Assembly: GCA_963706285.1 (NCBI GenBank)
Contig: CAVPLU010000008.1
Location: 1-64,000 of the forward strand
DNA: 64,000 bases
Reading direction: 5' to 3'
Source of the DNA: Candidatus Bathyarchaeota archaeon
Lineage (GTDB): Archaea; Thermoproteota; Bathyarchaeia; 40CM-2-53-6
A program made the translations under genes and the position numbers. Positions 19,517 through 30,542 of this stretch are shown piece by piece (within the stretch, counting starts at the first letter, position 1; the number at the start of each line of letters is the position of its first letter). A model generated the notes under the pieces. That model was given only the letters and a program-made list of their open reading frames with translations, ran no database searches and had not been told where the DNA came from.

Positions 19517-20996
19517 TGGGAAGTTCGCGCTCCCAATATCTGCGCTTGTCTTCTCCTCCCATTTTCTTCTTCATCGTATCTGAAATCTTCTGTGCGAGAG
19601 GGGTTGGATATTCTCCTGTGAGGCAGGCCATGCAGAGTTTGTTTCGATCAAAGCCTATCGCATTCACCAGCCCCTCGATCCTTTGGTAGCAGACGCGATC
19701 GGCATTCAATGTCTTCTCAATCTCGGGAAGGGTCTTCGATACAGCGATGAGTTCTGCATGAGTGGAGATATCGATCCCGTAGAAGCATGGAGAGACTATT
19801 GGAGGGCAAGTAATCCAGAACTCTACGCTTTTTGGTTTCGCGGCTCTGACTAGGCTGAGGATTTTGCGGGAAGTTGTCCCTCTCACGACACTATCGTCAA
19901 CAACTATCACTTTCTTATCTTTCAGGACAGACTTCACTGTGTTCAGTTTCAGGGCTACCCCGTTTTCTCTTCTGGTTTGACCAGGCATTATGAATGTGCG
20001 GCCGATGTAGCGGTTCTTGATCAGTCCCTCTGATGCTTCTATTCCAGTGCTTCTCGCTATGCCTTCCACGGCCGGTCTGGCTGTGTCAGGTACTGGAACG
20101 ACCACGTCCGCCTCAGTTTTGTAAGCCTTCGCCAGTTCTTCACCTAGTTTCACTCGGATGGGGTAGACTTCTTTGCCGTTTATGGTTGAGTCTGGTCTGC
20201 TGAAGTACACGTATTCGAACATGCAGTGTGCTGTTCTTTCGCAGGGCACAACTGCTTGTCTCTCAACTTCTCCGCATGCATTGGCTGTGACAAGTTCCCC
20301 TGGCTTCACGTCAGAAACTAATTCAGCTCCCACGGCGTCTAGGCCAACGCTCTCAGAGGCGAAGAAAGTTGTGTCTCCTCTCTTTCCGTAGCATAGTGGT
20401 CTGAAGCCGTAGGGATCTCTGAACGCAATTACTTCTTTCTCACCTGTAATCGCTACTGCAGAATATGCTCCTTCCATGGCCAACGCAAATCTCGAAACTG
20501 CCTTCTCCGTATCTCGTGTTTCAGACAGTTCCTTAGCTAGATATCCTAGGATGACCTCGGCGTCAGAGTCTGAATCCAAGAATCGCTTCTGATCCGTCAA
20601 CCCCCGTCGCAAGTTGACATAGTTCACCAAGTTGCCGTTGTGACAAAGCGCTATCCCTCCCTTGGGATAATTGACAAAGAACGGTTGAAGCGCAGTCTCC
20701 ATAAGCTCTTGGTGAGAGTCAGTACGCACTCTTGGGTCAAGCGGGGAAAGCCCGGTTGTAGAATACCTGACGTGTCCGATTCCATATGTGCCGCGCAACG
20801 ACGCGAAATTGTCGATCTCATCTATCAGGCCAAGCGTCTTTCGATGGTGGAATTTGGATCCGTCGAAAGTGAAGACTCCATGTCCCTCTTGGCCTCTATG
20901 TTGAAGAGCTAACATCGCATGCCAGAGATCACCAATCACTTCAGCGCTCCCGCTGCTGGCACCCACAACTCCACATGATTCCTTGGGGCCAGTCAT
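19509..20996 (-). CDS. purF: Amidophosphoribosyltransferase
   Basis: Propeptide KES-CGVVG, LQHRGQE, GHVRYST, HNGNL, CMFEYVYFSRPDS, VDDSVVRGTT, CMAC (Fe-S type). Confidence 0.97.
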   Translation of the reverse strand: MTGPKESCGVVGASSGSAEVIGDLWHAMLALQHRGQEGHGVFTFDGSKFHHRKTLGLIDEIDNFASLRGTYGIGHVRYSTTGLSPLDPRVRTDSHQELMETALQPFFVNYPKGGIALCHNGNLVNYVNLRRGLTDQKRFLDSDSDAEVILGYLAKELSETRDTEKAVSRFALAMEGAYSAVAITGEKEVIAFRDPYGFRPLCYGKRGDTTFFASESVGLDAVGAELVSDVKPGELVTANACGEVERQAVVPCERTAHCMFEYVYFSRPDSTINGKEVYPIRVKLGEELAKAYKTEADVVVPVPDTARPAVEGIARSTGIEASEGLIKNRYIGRTFIMPGQTRRENGVALKLNTVKSVLKDKKVIVVDDSVVRGTTSRKILSLVRAAKPKSVEFWITCPPIVSPCFYGIDISTHAELIAVSKTLPEIEKTLNADRVCYQRIEGLVNAIGFDRNKLCMACLTGEYPTPLAQKISDTMKKKMGGEDKRRYWERELPNE

Positions 20997-21508
20997 CCAT
21001 AGCACTTCGGTTGAGGTAATAGTCTGGGTAACAATATTATCGCAACATTCCGTTCGAGGGCCCTCGGGTTTGTTCGCAGACTCAGAAAAGCTTTCTTCAT
21101 ACCGCAGAACGGTGTCAGCGATGTCATTGGAATGCGAAACAACAGATTTTGAATCTGCGTGTGCTGCATGAAGTTGCATGAAATGACTTTCTCTATACCG
21201 CGTGAGTAGATTAGGTCAAGATCATTTCTCGGAACGGTACGTTTAGACGAGGAAGATGACGATTCAGGTTCAGGTGTCAGCAACAAAAAGTGCAACACCA
21301 CGAATCGCAAATCAGAATCTCGTTGGCTTTTCGCCGTTCTAACAGAGTTGTCCTCACGCTGTCGAAAGCGTCGAGTAGTCGATGCGAGCACCCGGCGCTT
21401 CCGGGTCCGGGAATCTCAGAGTGACGGTCCGTGAGGATCATTGGCATGATCTTGTGTATATTCGAGTCATCTGATAAACTTTCTATGCAAAAACCTGTCT
21501 GCTGTCTA

Positions 21509-21901
21509 TTCACAATCACAGGACTGGCGCCACCCAATACCGATGCTGTCTAGAATCCCTGTAATTGAGCTGGAACGCCCCTAGCGAGCATTGTAGGCGC
21601 GTATTTGGCCCTTTCACCCCACGCATTTCAGGCAGAGAATATTACCGCCGGAAGAGGTTTCATCGCTGTCGCAATGGTATACTTTGAGAAATGGCGTCCA
21701 GCAAGAGCGTTCTTTGGAACTCTCCTCTTCGGCGCAGCATACCTGCTTGGTGCTTTCTTCCAAGTTGTCGGATCAATCATTCCCTACTATTTCCTCCTAA
21801 TGGTGCCCTATGTTCTCACTCTAGTGGCCCTGGTCGGTATCGCTCGGGGTGCACGAGCCCCCTCAGCACTTCGTGTACCTTACAACAGAGAGGGCGGATA
21901 A
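21509..21901 (+). pseudogene. Relic of nucleoside ABC transporter permease (NupC/YufQ type), internally deleted
   Basis: IPMLSRIPVI fragment joined to GAYL...ENITAGRGFIAVA..FEKWRP...PYVLTL..L...APSAL.VPY.RE. Confidence 0.75.
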
Positions 21902-22009
21902 CCACACTCAAATCGTTCAACAAAACTGGATCCAGCACCGATCAGCTAGAATACTCTCAAGTCCTCGTAGAGAAGTGGAGATCTCGACCAAGTCACGGAG
22001 CTGAAACAG

Positions 22010-23260
22010 ATGGCGTATGTGACTGGACTCATTTGTACAAGATGCGGGAGATCGTACTCGCCGAAGGATCATGTGCTCACATGCAGGGAAGATGAAGGAA
22101 GACTAGACGTAGAGTACGATTACGATTCGATGGCGAACAAGATCAGTCGAGAAGCATTTGAACGCCGCAAAGGCGGGCTGTGGAAATATCATGAGCTTCT
22201 GCCGATTGAGAATGAAGAGAATATTGTGACTCTTGGAGAAGTCCAGACTCCGCTCATTCGATGTAAGAATTTGGGCAAGATTCTTGGAATGAGGCGCCTG
22301 TACCTCAAGGATGAGACAAAGAACCCGACAGCCTCATTCAAGGATCGCCCTATGACGGTTGGCGTATCGAAGGCTGTTGAGCTGGGATTCAATACGACCG
22401 TCTCAGCTTCGAGCGGGAACGCGGCCGCGGCGCTAGCAGCCTACTCCGCTCGGGCAGGACTCGCATGCTACACCTTTGTCCCGGAGAAAGCGAGTCAGGG
22501 CAAGATAGCTCAGCTCAGTATGTTCGGTGCACACGTCGTCAGACTGAGAGGACTAGAAAGCGGTGTCGACCCCACAGTCACCATGTTAAGACTCGTCTGC
22601 AAACGGTTCGGTTGGTATCCCTGCCCAAGCTTTGCGCTCTTCAATCCATATCAGGCGGAGGGACCGAAGACCATGTCATACGAGATTGCTGAACAGCTTG
22701 GCTGGACGACACCTGACTGGGTGTTCGCGGGAGTCGGCAGCGGCGCCCTGCTCGCCGGAAACTGGAAGGGTTTCCGTGAATTCAAACGCCTTGGTCTCGT
22801 GAAAGGTGCACCTCGCATGGTTGCTGTCCAATCTACTGGGTGTGCACCAGTTGTCAGGGCATTTGAGGAGCAGATGGACCCAAACAAGATAGTGCCATGG
22901 GAACATCCAGATTCAATCGCGACGGGCTTGATGGATCCTCTTCCGTGGGACGGGGATGCCGCACTGAAAGCGCTGCACGATTCATCAGGCACGGCCGTGA
23001 AAGTCACGAACGAAGAGATACTTGACGCACAGAGAACCCTAGCAAAGACCGAAGGAATATTCGCAGAACCCTCTGGAGTCGCAGTCCTGGCAGGTCTTAC
23101 AAGACTGAGAAATCAGGGCGCGGTCGCAAGCGATGACTGCGTAGTACTCGAGATTACAGGTAGTGGTTTGAAAGACTTGAACGTGATCGGATCAGCAGAG
23201 GCTCCGTTGATTGATCCAAACATCGAAGACCTGAAGAGAGTCCTCAAGCTGAGGGCGTAA
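22010..23260 (+). CDS. thrC: Threonine synthase-like PLP enzyme
   Basis: N-terminal CxxC, KDETKNPTASFKDR, SSGNAA, EGPKT, EGIFAEPS, ITGSGLKD. Confidence 0.85.
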   Translation: MAYVTGLICTRCGRSYSPKDHVLTCREDEGRLDVEYDYDSMANKISREAFERRKGGLWKYHELLPIENEENIVTLGEVQTPLIRCKNLGKILGMRRLYLKDETKNPTASFKDRPMTVGVSKAVELGFNTTVSASSGNAAAALAAYSARAGLACYTFVPEKASQGKIAQLSMFGAHVVRLRGLESGVDPTVTMLRLVCKRFGWYPCPSFALFNPYQAEGPKTMSYEIAEQLGWTTPDWVFAGVGSGALLAGNWKGFREFKRLGLVKGAPRMVAVQSTGCAPVVRAFEEQMDPNKIVPWEHPDSIATGLMDPLPWDGDAALKALHDSSGTAVKVTNEEILDAQRTLAKTEGIFAEPSGVAVLAGLTRLRNQGAVASDDCVVLEITGSGLKDLNVIGSAEAPLIDPNIEDLKRVLKLRA

Positions 23261-23366
23261 CGGTCACAGGTTCCTCGCGTCTGCTCATCTCGATTTTCTC
23301 TTCTAAGAATAGGTTTTTTGATGAGCGCTCTAAAAGCGGCACCTCTTTCCCGGAGGGCGGCACCTC

Positions 23367-24380
23367 TTATTTCTCATCCATCGTCAGGGCAAGCACGGCC
23401 ATTTTTGTGTAGAGGCCGTTTTCGGCTTGCGGATAGATCCGAGAATGAGGTCCGTCCATGACGGCGTCGCTTGCCTCCTCTCCCCTCAGCACTGGGAGAA
23501 CATGCAGGACTATCGCTCGTTTGCTGGCTAGGTCTAGGGTTTGCTCGGTTAGCGACCAGTGTCTGTATTTTTCATGCAATGCTGCTTCGCGTCCCTTTCC
23601 GAAGTTGGTGGCTCCAACTTGGAGTAGTTCCTTGCTCGCCCAGTTTCTAGGAAATATCGCGTCTGCGCCTTCGAGTGCGGTCTTCAGATCATGTGAAATG
23701 TTGAAGCTTCCGCCGGATGCTGCCGCGTTCTCTGAGCATGTAGCAATTATCTTTTCGTCAATTTCGAATCCTTCAGGGTGCGCCAACACCACGTCATAAC
23801 CAAAACGAGAGGTGATGAGGGCGTCTTCTTGTATGCTGCATCTTCCGCGAAAGCCCTTCGAGTAGGCCCACATTATGACATACTTCTTGCGTTTCTTTGT
23901 GCCAAATTCGTCACGCAATGTCATCAGGTCAGCGAGCCCTTGAGTCGGATGGTATGTGCAACAGGCCATGTTGATTACTGGGATGCTCGCGTGTTTGGCA
24001 TATTCTCTTACGACAGCGATCCCGCGTCCGTAGACATAGTCGATCACATCGTCAAGAATCCTTACGCCCAATCCATGACCGTACCGCTCGTACATCTTCG
24101 CAACATCTCTGACAGCTTCCCCCGAACCGAGACGAGTGGTGGAAGCATCGATGTACTGAGCGTGGCCGCCAAGGTAGGTCATTCCAGCTTCGAAAGCGGC
24201 TCGCGTACGCGTAGAGGACGCATAGAACAATGCAAAGAACGTCTTGTTTCGTAACAATGGAGTAGTGTGATTCTTCCGGTGTTTCTCTCTGAAGCTGCGT
24301 GCGAGACGCAGACTCGTCTCAAGCTCCTCTATGCTCCAGTCCTGAGTCGTTATCAAGTCTCGACCTGAGAGATCTGCCAA
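23367..24380 (-). CDS. Carbamoyltransferase of the AOTCase/YgeW (knotted) subgroup
   Basis: SSTRTR, HPTQ, HVLP, QAENG. It has FPRNW and WAYS rather than the OTC YTDVW/SMG motifs. Confidence 0.8.
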   Translation of the reverse strand: MADLSGRDLITTQDWSIEELETSLRLARSFREKHRKNHTTPLLRNKTFFALFYASSTRTRAAFEAGMTYLGGHAQYIDASTTRLGSGEAVRDVAKMYERYGHGLGVRILDDVIDYVYGRGIAVVREYAKHASIPVINMACCTYHPTQGLADLMTLRDEFGTKKRKKYVIMWAYSKGFRGRCSIQEDALITSRFGYDVVLAHPEGFEIDEKIIATCSENAAASGGSFNISHDLKTALEGADAIFPRNWASKELLQVGATNFGKGREAALHEKYRHWSLTEQTLDLASKRAIVLHVLPVLRGEEASDAVMDGPHSRIYPQAENGLYTKMAVLALTMDEK

Positions 24381-24533
24381 CGTCCTCTCATTCTCCTACT
24401 GGCTCTGGTGTGGAACGCCCAGCTGTCTCGCTCTAAAGAATTGCGTGAAATCTATGATCGATGTAGGGAGTGGATGCAAGCTTGATAAGTGGTACTAGCT
24501 CAATCTGAGCACTCCCTCGGAGTGCGGGTCTGG

Positions 24534-25493
24534 TTGCCCGGTAATGGCATAGTAGTTGTAGCGCTCGGCGGCAACGCGATTCTCAGACGAGGCGAGAAGG
24601 GTACATTCGAAGAGCAGTACCGGAACGTCTGCGACACTGTGAAGCGCATCGCGGATCTTGTGCAGAGCGGGTACCAGGTCGTAGTGACTCATGGCAATGG
24701 GCCGCAAGTCGGAGCAACAGTCCTGAGACATGAAGCTGCGAAGAATATTGTCCCTCCGTTTCCTTTGGATGCGTGTGGTGCGGAGACGCAGGGTTTCATC
24801 GGTTACATGATCCAGCAGGCTCTTCGAAACGAGCTGAAAGAAGCGCGGCTTGGACAGGTACATTGTGACACTGGTTACTAGAGTCATTGTCGATCCAGAC
24901 GACGAGGCGTTCAAGAATCCAACAAAGCCCGTCGGTCCGTTCTATACGAAGGAAGAAGCGGAGAAGATCCGCTCTCAGCGGCCCGATCTTGTTGTGAAAG
25001 AAGACGCCGGCAGAGGCTACCGCAGGATGGTCCCGTCTCCAGATCCGAAGATAATTGCCGAGCGACTCGCCATAAGAGCCTTGGTTGACAAAGGTTTCGT
25101 TGTCGTCGCGTGTGGCGGTGGAGGTATCCCAATCGTGGAGGAAGGCACTCAGGCTCGAGGTGTTGAGGCCGTAATCGACAAGGATCTTGCAGGACAGAGA
25201 TTGGCCACACTTGATAGGTGCTTCAGTTTTTGTGATTCTCACCGATATTGACGGTGCATATCTGAACTTTGGCACTCCTGAGCAAACGTTGATCGAGCAT
25301 GCAACTCCTGAACAATTGGAGCAGTACACGAAAGAAGGCCACTTCAAAGAAGGCAGTATGTCACCTAAGATCGCGGCCGTCACTGAGATTTGTTCAAGAG
25401 GGTGGGCAGAGAGCCATCATAGCTGAACTGAGCAAGCTCAGGGAAGCTATGCAGGGAAAAAGTGGAACTCAGGTAACGCGAGCAAGAACGTAA
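24534..25493 (+). CDS. arcC: Carbamate kinase (frameshifts near 24845, 25215 and 25385)
   Basis: [58 protein letters not shown]. Confidence 0.9.
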
Positions 25494-25584
25494 GCCATCT
25501 CACGGCCGGTTACAGGCCGTCAGAGCAACGATTGTACTGGTCGCTCGCGATTCTCTGACTAGTACTGGAATTGGGACACAATCA

Positions 25585-25877
25585 TCAGCAGATGAGCAAG
25601 CATCGCCCGACATGATACTCGCCACGCGGAGGCGAGGGTGCAGGGCAACAATATGGCTCGTATGCAAACGGCGCACCATACATCATAGGCGAGCAACAAT
25701 TCATCGGCCCCATGAACGCGGTAGGTGGAGGACAGCAAGTCGGTTGGGCATAGTATTGTGGGGTTGTTGGCATATAGTACTGTGGGACGGTATAGTATGT
25801 CGCCGTGGTTGGAACTGGAGTCGCGAACGCTGAAAGCGGGGTAACCCACATCATTGGTCCTGTGAAAAGTAGTACAT
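25585..25877 (-). CDS. Small Tyr/Pro/Cys/Met-rich protein (probable frameshift after ATG 25877)
   Basis: (MYYF-TGP)MMWVTP...PQYYMPTTPQYYAQPTCCPPP..MNCCSP..YCCPAP. Biased composition and internal repeats argue that it is coding. Confidence 0.55.
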
Positions 25878-26166
25878 GATTATCAATCTCTGATGTTAGG
25901 CATCCCGCGTCGAAAGTTAAAGATATCTGGACATGTTCTCGGAACCCTGCTATTCCAACTCAAAAAAAATATGGTTCGATGCGGCCATTGACACACCTCA
26001 GTAAATGACCATTCCCAGACGATGCAAACTTTTTCTCAGGAACATCCTCGGCCGAAGTTAGCGAGCTGCAATGCATGGATTCTTCAGAAGCTGTCGATGT
26101 CCTAATAGCCGAGAACATCATCTGCTGGCTGGATCAAATCTGACCGAGCAACAGCAGGCGTCAGTA

Positions 26167-26835
26167 ATGCCTTTGAAAGCGATACTCATTGACATGGATG
26201 GAACGATCACCAAATTCAACCTCGACTACATGTGGATGCGCCGAGCCGCATTGCAGATGCTTGAAGAGGCAGGTCTCTCGCGTCCGAACTTCGGCGACCA
26301 AATGAGCATCTACGCTATGCTCAATGAACTACGAGGTTCAATCCCTGACGAGAAATTCGACGAGATGAGGAAACGCATCTATGACAGGGTTAGGACGATC
26401 GAGGTTAATGCGGCTGGGCATGCTGAGGTGATGCCAGGCGCGAAAGAGGCTCTAAACGAACTCAGGCAAATGAAGAAGAAGATAGTCATCGTCACAAACA
26501 ACGGAAGGTTGGGCACAGATCGAACCCTTGAGAGACTAGATCTGCTTGCTATGTTCGACGCGGTCCTTACGAGGGACGACGTTGATGAACTGAAGCCGGA
26601 TCCAAGGATGTTGTTGAAGGCCTTGAATTTGGCGGGCGTGAAGGCAGATGAGGCCATCTTTGTTGGCGACGCTATCATCGACATTAAGGCCGCCAAGGCG
26701 GCGTCGGTCAGGTGTGTAGCTGTTCCAAGTGGCCCCTTTCCTGCAACTCGGCTAATGCAGGAAGAGCCAGATTTCATCGTTGGGTCCTTGCTGGATGTCC
26801 CTGAGCTCGTGCGGCGCCTCGACCAAAGCGCCTAG
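26167..26835 (+). CDS. HAD-family hydrolase (phosphoglycolate phosphatase-like)
   Basis: DMDGT, VTNN, KPDP, VGDAIIDIKAA. Confidence 0.9.
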   Translation: MPLKAILIDMDGTITKFNLDYMWMRRAALQMLEEAGLSRPNFGDQMSIYAMLNELRGSIPDEKFDEMRKRIYDRVRTIEVNAAGHAEVMPGAKEALNELRQMKKKIVIVTNNGRLGTDRTLERLDLLAMFDAVLTRDDVDELKPDPRMLLKALNLAGVKADEAIFVGDAIIDIKAAKAASVRCVAVPSGPFPATRLMQEEPDFIVGSLLDVPELVRRLDQSA

Positions 26836-26908
26836 GCCGTAGCCATCGTGTAGGGTGGCAAGGCATATTCTTATCTTGATACTTGATACGAATTTACCTG
26901 AGATAACT

Positions 26909-27343
26909 TTGTTCTCCAAGATTCTGGTAGCCCTTGACGGCTCCGAGTTTTCCCTGAAGGCTTTAGAATTCGCCATCGACCTCGGAAAGAAGTACCGAAG
27001 TCAACTGATTCTGGTTCATGTTGTTATCCGGCAGATATACGCGATTAACCCTCCCGAGGCGGGTATCCTGGCCGGCACCGCCATCGTTCGGGAGCTTGAG
27101 ACGGAAGGAAAAGCGATTCTTGCAAGAGGGGAAGAGACTGTGAAAGCCCAAGGGATTCCGGTGGAGACTCGATTGAAACAGGGAGTGCCCGCGGAAGAGC
27201 TCCTCCATGCAGCCGCCGACGAAAAAGTGGATCTCATAGTGTTAGGCAGCCGCGGACTCTCTCAGGTCAAGGCTTTCCTGCTCGGGAGCGTTTCAGACAA
27301 GGTAAGTCACCACGCGAAGTGCCCAGCCCTGATTGTACGGTAG
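26909..27343 (+). CDS. uspA: Universal stress protein
   Basis: KILVALDGS, DLIVLGSRG, LLGSVSDKV.HHA.CP. Confidence 0.93.
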   Translation: MFSKILVALDGSEFSLKALEFAIDLGKKYRSQLILVHVVIRQIYAINPPEAGILAGTAIVRELETEGKAILARGEETVKAQGIPVETRLKQGVPAEELLHAAADEKVDLIVLGSRGLSQVKAFLLGSVSDKVSHHAKCPALIVR

Positions 27344-27432
27344 CCCAGCAGGAAACAGGCTTCAGATTCCAAGCCCGGAAACCTATCCTGCTCCGTTTTC
27401 CCTCAATATGATGCCTCAACGCGTTCTTGGCT

Positions 27433-27449
27433 TTCAAAAAACTTAATAC
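27433..27449 (+). promoter_or_regulatory. BRE/TATA promoter of thermosome gene
   Basis: CAAAAAAC-TTAATA about 50 bp upstream of the ATG; SD-like GGTGA at 27486. Confidence 0.5.
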
Positions 27450-27495
27450 GGCCGCCCTTAGGCGATCATGTCTCATCATTTCATAGGTGAATAAA

Positions 27496-29154
27496 ATGGC
27501 GCAAGCAGGCGGGAATATCCCCATACTAATCCTTAAAGAAGGAACCGGCAGATCAACCGGCAAAGATGCTCAAAGAAATAACATAATGGCGGCTAAGGTC
27601 GTCGCAGAAACCGTAGCCTCTTCGCTTGGACCGCGCGGCATGGACAAGATGCTTGTCAGTGGCATTGGTGATGTCGTCATCACTAACGACGGTGCCACAA
27701 TAATGAAGGAGCTCGATGTCCAGCACCCGGCTGCCAAGATGCTTGTCGAGGTTGCAAAGACGCAAGACAACGAGGTCGGCGACGGAACCACCACAGCCGT
27801 CATCCTGGCAGGTCAACTTCTATCGAAGGCAGAGAAACTCCTAGACCTAGACGTTCATCCCACCGTAATCGTGGACGGCTACAAGAAAGCCGCCGATAGA
27901 GCCTCAGAGTATCTCAGCAAGATTGCCCTTACATTAGATCCCAAGGACGAGCAGCGTTTGCGCCAAGTTGCAGCCACTTCAATGGCAACCAAGGATATCG
28001 CCGCTGAGAAGGAGTTCTTCGCGAAGCTCGCTGTCAAAGCCGTGGAGCAGATCAAGGAAGAGCGAGATGGCAAGGTCAAGGCCGACATCGATCTGATCAA
28101 GGTAGTCAAGAAGCACGGTAAGAGCGTTGAAGAGACTGAATTGGTCGAAGGAGTCGTAATCGACAAAGAAATCTCTCACAGCCAGATGCCAAAACGGGTT
28201 GAGAAGGCCAAGATCGCTCTACTGAACCAGAAGATAGAGATCGAGAAAACTGAGTTTGACGCGAAGATCAACATCGAAAACCCAGAGCAGATGCACATGT
28301 TCCTCGACGAAGAGGAACGAATGCTCAAGGAAATGGTAGAACAGGTCGCAAGCTCAGGCGCCAACGTCATTCTATGCGAGAAAGGCATAGACGATATGGC
28401 GCTGCATTTTCTTGCGAAGAAAGGAATTCTGACAGCCAAGAACTTGAGTAGCGGCGACATGGAGAAGCTCGCGAAAGCGACCGGAGCCAAGATCCTAGCC
28501 AGCACAAAGGACATGGCACGTGAGGCGCTCGGTGAAGCGAAGCTGGTTGAGGAAGTCAAGATCGGAGATGACAAGCTGATCTACGTGAGAGAATGCAAAG
28601 ACCCTAGAGCAGTCACAATAGTCCTCCGTGGAGGATCCGAGCATGTTGTGGACGAAGCTGAGCGGTCCTTGCATGACGGCCTCTGCGTTGTCAGAAATGC
28701 AGTAGAAGATGGGAAGATAGTTGCGGGCGGCGGAGCTTCTGAAGCGGAAGCTGCGAAAGAGCTCAAGAGCTATGCGAAAACTGTCGGCGGAAGAGAACAA
28801 CTCGGCATCGAAGCCTTTGCAGAAGCGCTTGAAGCAATCCCTATGGCACTTGCCGCGAACGCGGGTCTTGATCCAATCGATATCATGGTCGACTTGAGAG
28901 CGAAGCACGAAAAGTCTGAGAACACGTGGATGGGCGTCGACGCAGTATCAGGCAAGGTTGAGGACATGCTGAAGCAGAACGTTGTTGAGCCTCTGCGTAC
29001 GAAGCTGCAGGTCATTCGTTCTGCAACCGAAGCTGCTTGTATGATCTTGCGAATCGACGATGTCGTGTCTTCGAAAGGATCCGGTCCTATGGGTAAGCCT
29101 CCTGGTATGCCAGGTGGTATGCCTGGCGGCATGGGTGGCGGGGAAGACTACTAG
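27496..29154 (+). CDS. ths: Thermosome (group II chaperonin) subunit
   Basis: [33 protein letters not shown] tail. Confidence 0.98.
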   Translation: MAQAGGNIPILILKEGTGRSTGKDAQRNNIMAAKVVAETVASSLGPRGMDKMLVSGIGDVVITNDGATIMKELDVQHPAAKMLVEVAKTQDNEVGDGTTTAVILAGQLLSKAEKLLDLDVHPTVIVDGYKKAADRASEYLSKIALTLDPKDEQRLRQVAATSMATKDIAAEKEFFAKLAVKAVEQIKEERDGKVKADIDLIKVVKKHGKSVEETELVEGVVIDKEISHSQMPKRVEKAKIALLNQKIEIEKTEFDAKINIENPEQMHMFLDEEERMLKEMVEQVASSGANVILCEKGIDDMALHFLAKKGILTAKNLSSGDMEKLAKATGAKILASTKDMAREALGEAKLVEEVKIGDDKLIYVRECKDPRAVTIVLRGGSEHVVDEAERSLHDGLCVVRNAVEDGKIVAGGGASEAEAAKELKSYAKTVGGREQLGIEAFAEALEAIPMALAANAGLDPIDIMVDLRAKHEKSENTWMGVDAVSGKVEDMLKQNVVEPLRTKLQVIRSATEAACMILRIDDVVSSKGSGPMGKPPGMPGGMPGGMGGGEDY

Positions 29155-29160
29155 ACCAAC

Positions 29161-29184
29161 TCTTCCACCCCTCTTCCTTTTTCT
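29161..29184 (+). terminator. Pyrimidine/oligo-T archaeal terminator
   Basis: TCTTCCACCCCTCTTCCTTTTTCT directly after the thermosome stop. Confidence 0.45.
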
Positions 29185-29283
29185 GCGGCACACAAGAACC
29201 GTAGGTGCCGGTCCGTCTGAATTAAGCCATATAGCGAAGCCTATCTTCTAGAACGATGCTCAGACTACCAGGGTGGTCTATCC

Positions 29284-29841
29284 ATGCTGTTTGTCGTCGC
29301 GGTGACCGGGGCTAGTGGATCCATCTATGCAAGGCGACTTCTTGAAGAATTGAAACGTGGCGGACACGAGACGCTTCTTCTGGTGAGCGACGAAGCGAAG
29401 AACGTTATGAACCAAGAGAATGAGGATCCGCGGAGATTCGAGGAGCTGGCAACTCGGTCCTTCTCGGAGCATGATTTGGACTCTCCGACCTCAAGCGGTT
29501 CAGTGAAGACTGCCGGAATGATAATTGTGCCGTGCAGTATGAAGACCGTTTCATCCATTGCCCACGGCTTGTCTGGCAATACGATAACAAGAGCGGCGGA
29601 TGTGACACTGAAGGAACATAGACCACTAATCATAGTGCCCAGAGAGACTCCGCTGAGCACAATTCAGCTCAGAAACCTTCTGCAGGTGGCAGAAGCTGGT
29701 GCTATCGTTCTTCCAGCAATGCCAGCGTTTTACACGAACCCGAAGTCCATTGACGATATGGTGAACTTCATCGTGGGCAGAATCTTGGACCTAGTGAACG
29801 TGCCTCACCACCTGTTCCGCCGCTGGGGCGAAACTGCCTAA
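29284..29841 (+). CDS. ubiX: Flavin prenyltransferase
   Basis: TGASG, SSGS, PCSMKT, RAADVTLKE, PRETP, PAFY. Confidence 0.95.
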   Translation: MLFVVAVTGASGSIYARRLLEELKRGGHETLLLVSDEAKNVMNQENEDPRRFEELATRSFSEHDLDSPTSSGSVKTAGMIIVPCSMKTVSSIAHGLSGNTITRAADVTLKEHRPLIIVPRETPLSTIQLRNLLQVAEAGAIVLPAMPAFYTNPKSIDDMVNFIVGRILDLVNVPHHLFRRWGETA

Positions 29842-29878
29842 TCTAGCACAAGTTCACTTGCACTGGATCAACGGAGTC

Positions 29879-30391
29879 TCAATTCTTGTCTCTGTAGAGC
29901 TTGACAAGTCCTACGTACGCTTCGGCAGCGTGTTTGATGGCCGCTAGGTCTGAATCATTCAGATTCCTCATGACTTTCGCTGGCACGCCAGCCAAGAGAA
30001 CTCCTGGCGGCATCTTCTCTCCCTCCAAGACTACAGATCCCGCTCCAACTATCGAGTCAGGTCCAACCTCGGATCCCTCTAGGAGAGTGGAATTCATGCC
30101 CACAATTACATGGTCACGGACGGTCGACCCGTGAATGACTGCGTTGTGGCCGACGGTCACGTAGTCGCCGATAATGCATTGACCACTAGCATCCGTGTGA
30201 ATCGTGCAATTGTCTTGGACGCTGCTCCGCCTTCCAACTCTTATTCGACCTATATCGCCGCGAAGCACCGCATTCTCCCAGATACTGCTACCTTCGCCAA
30301 CTTCGACATCTCCTATGAGAATCGCGCTTGGAGAGACATACGCATCAGAGCTGATCTTTGGCTTAGTTCCGCGAAACTCAATCAACGCCAT
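29879..30391 (-). CDS. Gamma-carbonic anhydrase family (YrdA-like) hexapeptide protein
   Basis: IGDV, VLRGD, QDNCTIH, TVGHNAVIH, GVPAK. Confidence 0.92.
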   Translation of the reverse strand: MALIEFRGTKPKISSDAYVSPSAILIGDVEVGEGSSIWENAVLRGDIGRIRVGRRSSVQDNCTIHTDASGQCIIGDYVTVGHNAVIHGSTVRDHVIVGMNSTLLEGSEVGPDSIVGAGSVVLEGEKMPPGVLLAGVPAKVMRNLNDSDLAAIKHAAEAYVGLVKLYRDKN

Positions 30392-30542
30392 ACTAGCCAA
30401 TCCTCATGAGATCTGAAGGATGCTATGAGATCTTCCTGCAATTAACATCTGGTCAGGAGATCTGTCTGGAAGTAGGAGACGTACTCTTATCTATTTCACC
30501 TGCGAACGAATCGAACATTATCCCTTGGGTCGTCTGGGCCGA

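Noticed and set aside
20997-21179. 61-aa N-terminal extension of PurF in the ORF track
   Set aside because: The ATG at 20996 gives a normal short propeptide before the catalytic Cys, so the extension is likely incidental open frame.
21355-21530. Purine/ZTP riboswitch upstream of purF (small hairpins; GACTGGCG at 21522)
   Set aside because: The motif is on the opposite strand to purF and inside the permease relic. The other ZTP elements are missing and the hairpins are only 5-6 bp.
23336-23368. 12-bp direct repeat GCGGCACCTCTT x2 between convergent genes
   Set aside because: Only two copies 9 bp apart with no associated element; probably a local duplication.
24840-25390. Programmed ribosomal frameshifting in arcC and other split genes
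   Set aside because: Several shifts per gene, no common slippery site or stimulatory structure, and window-wide prevalence point to sequencing indels.
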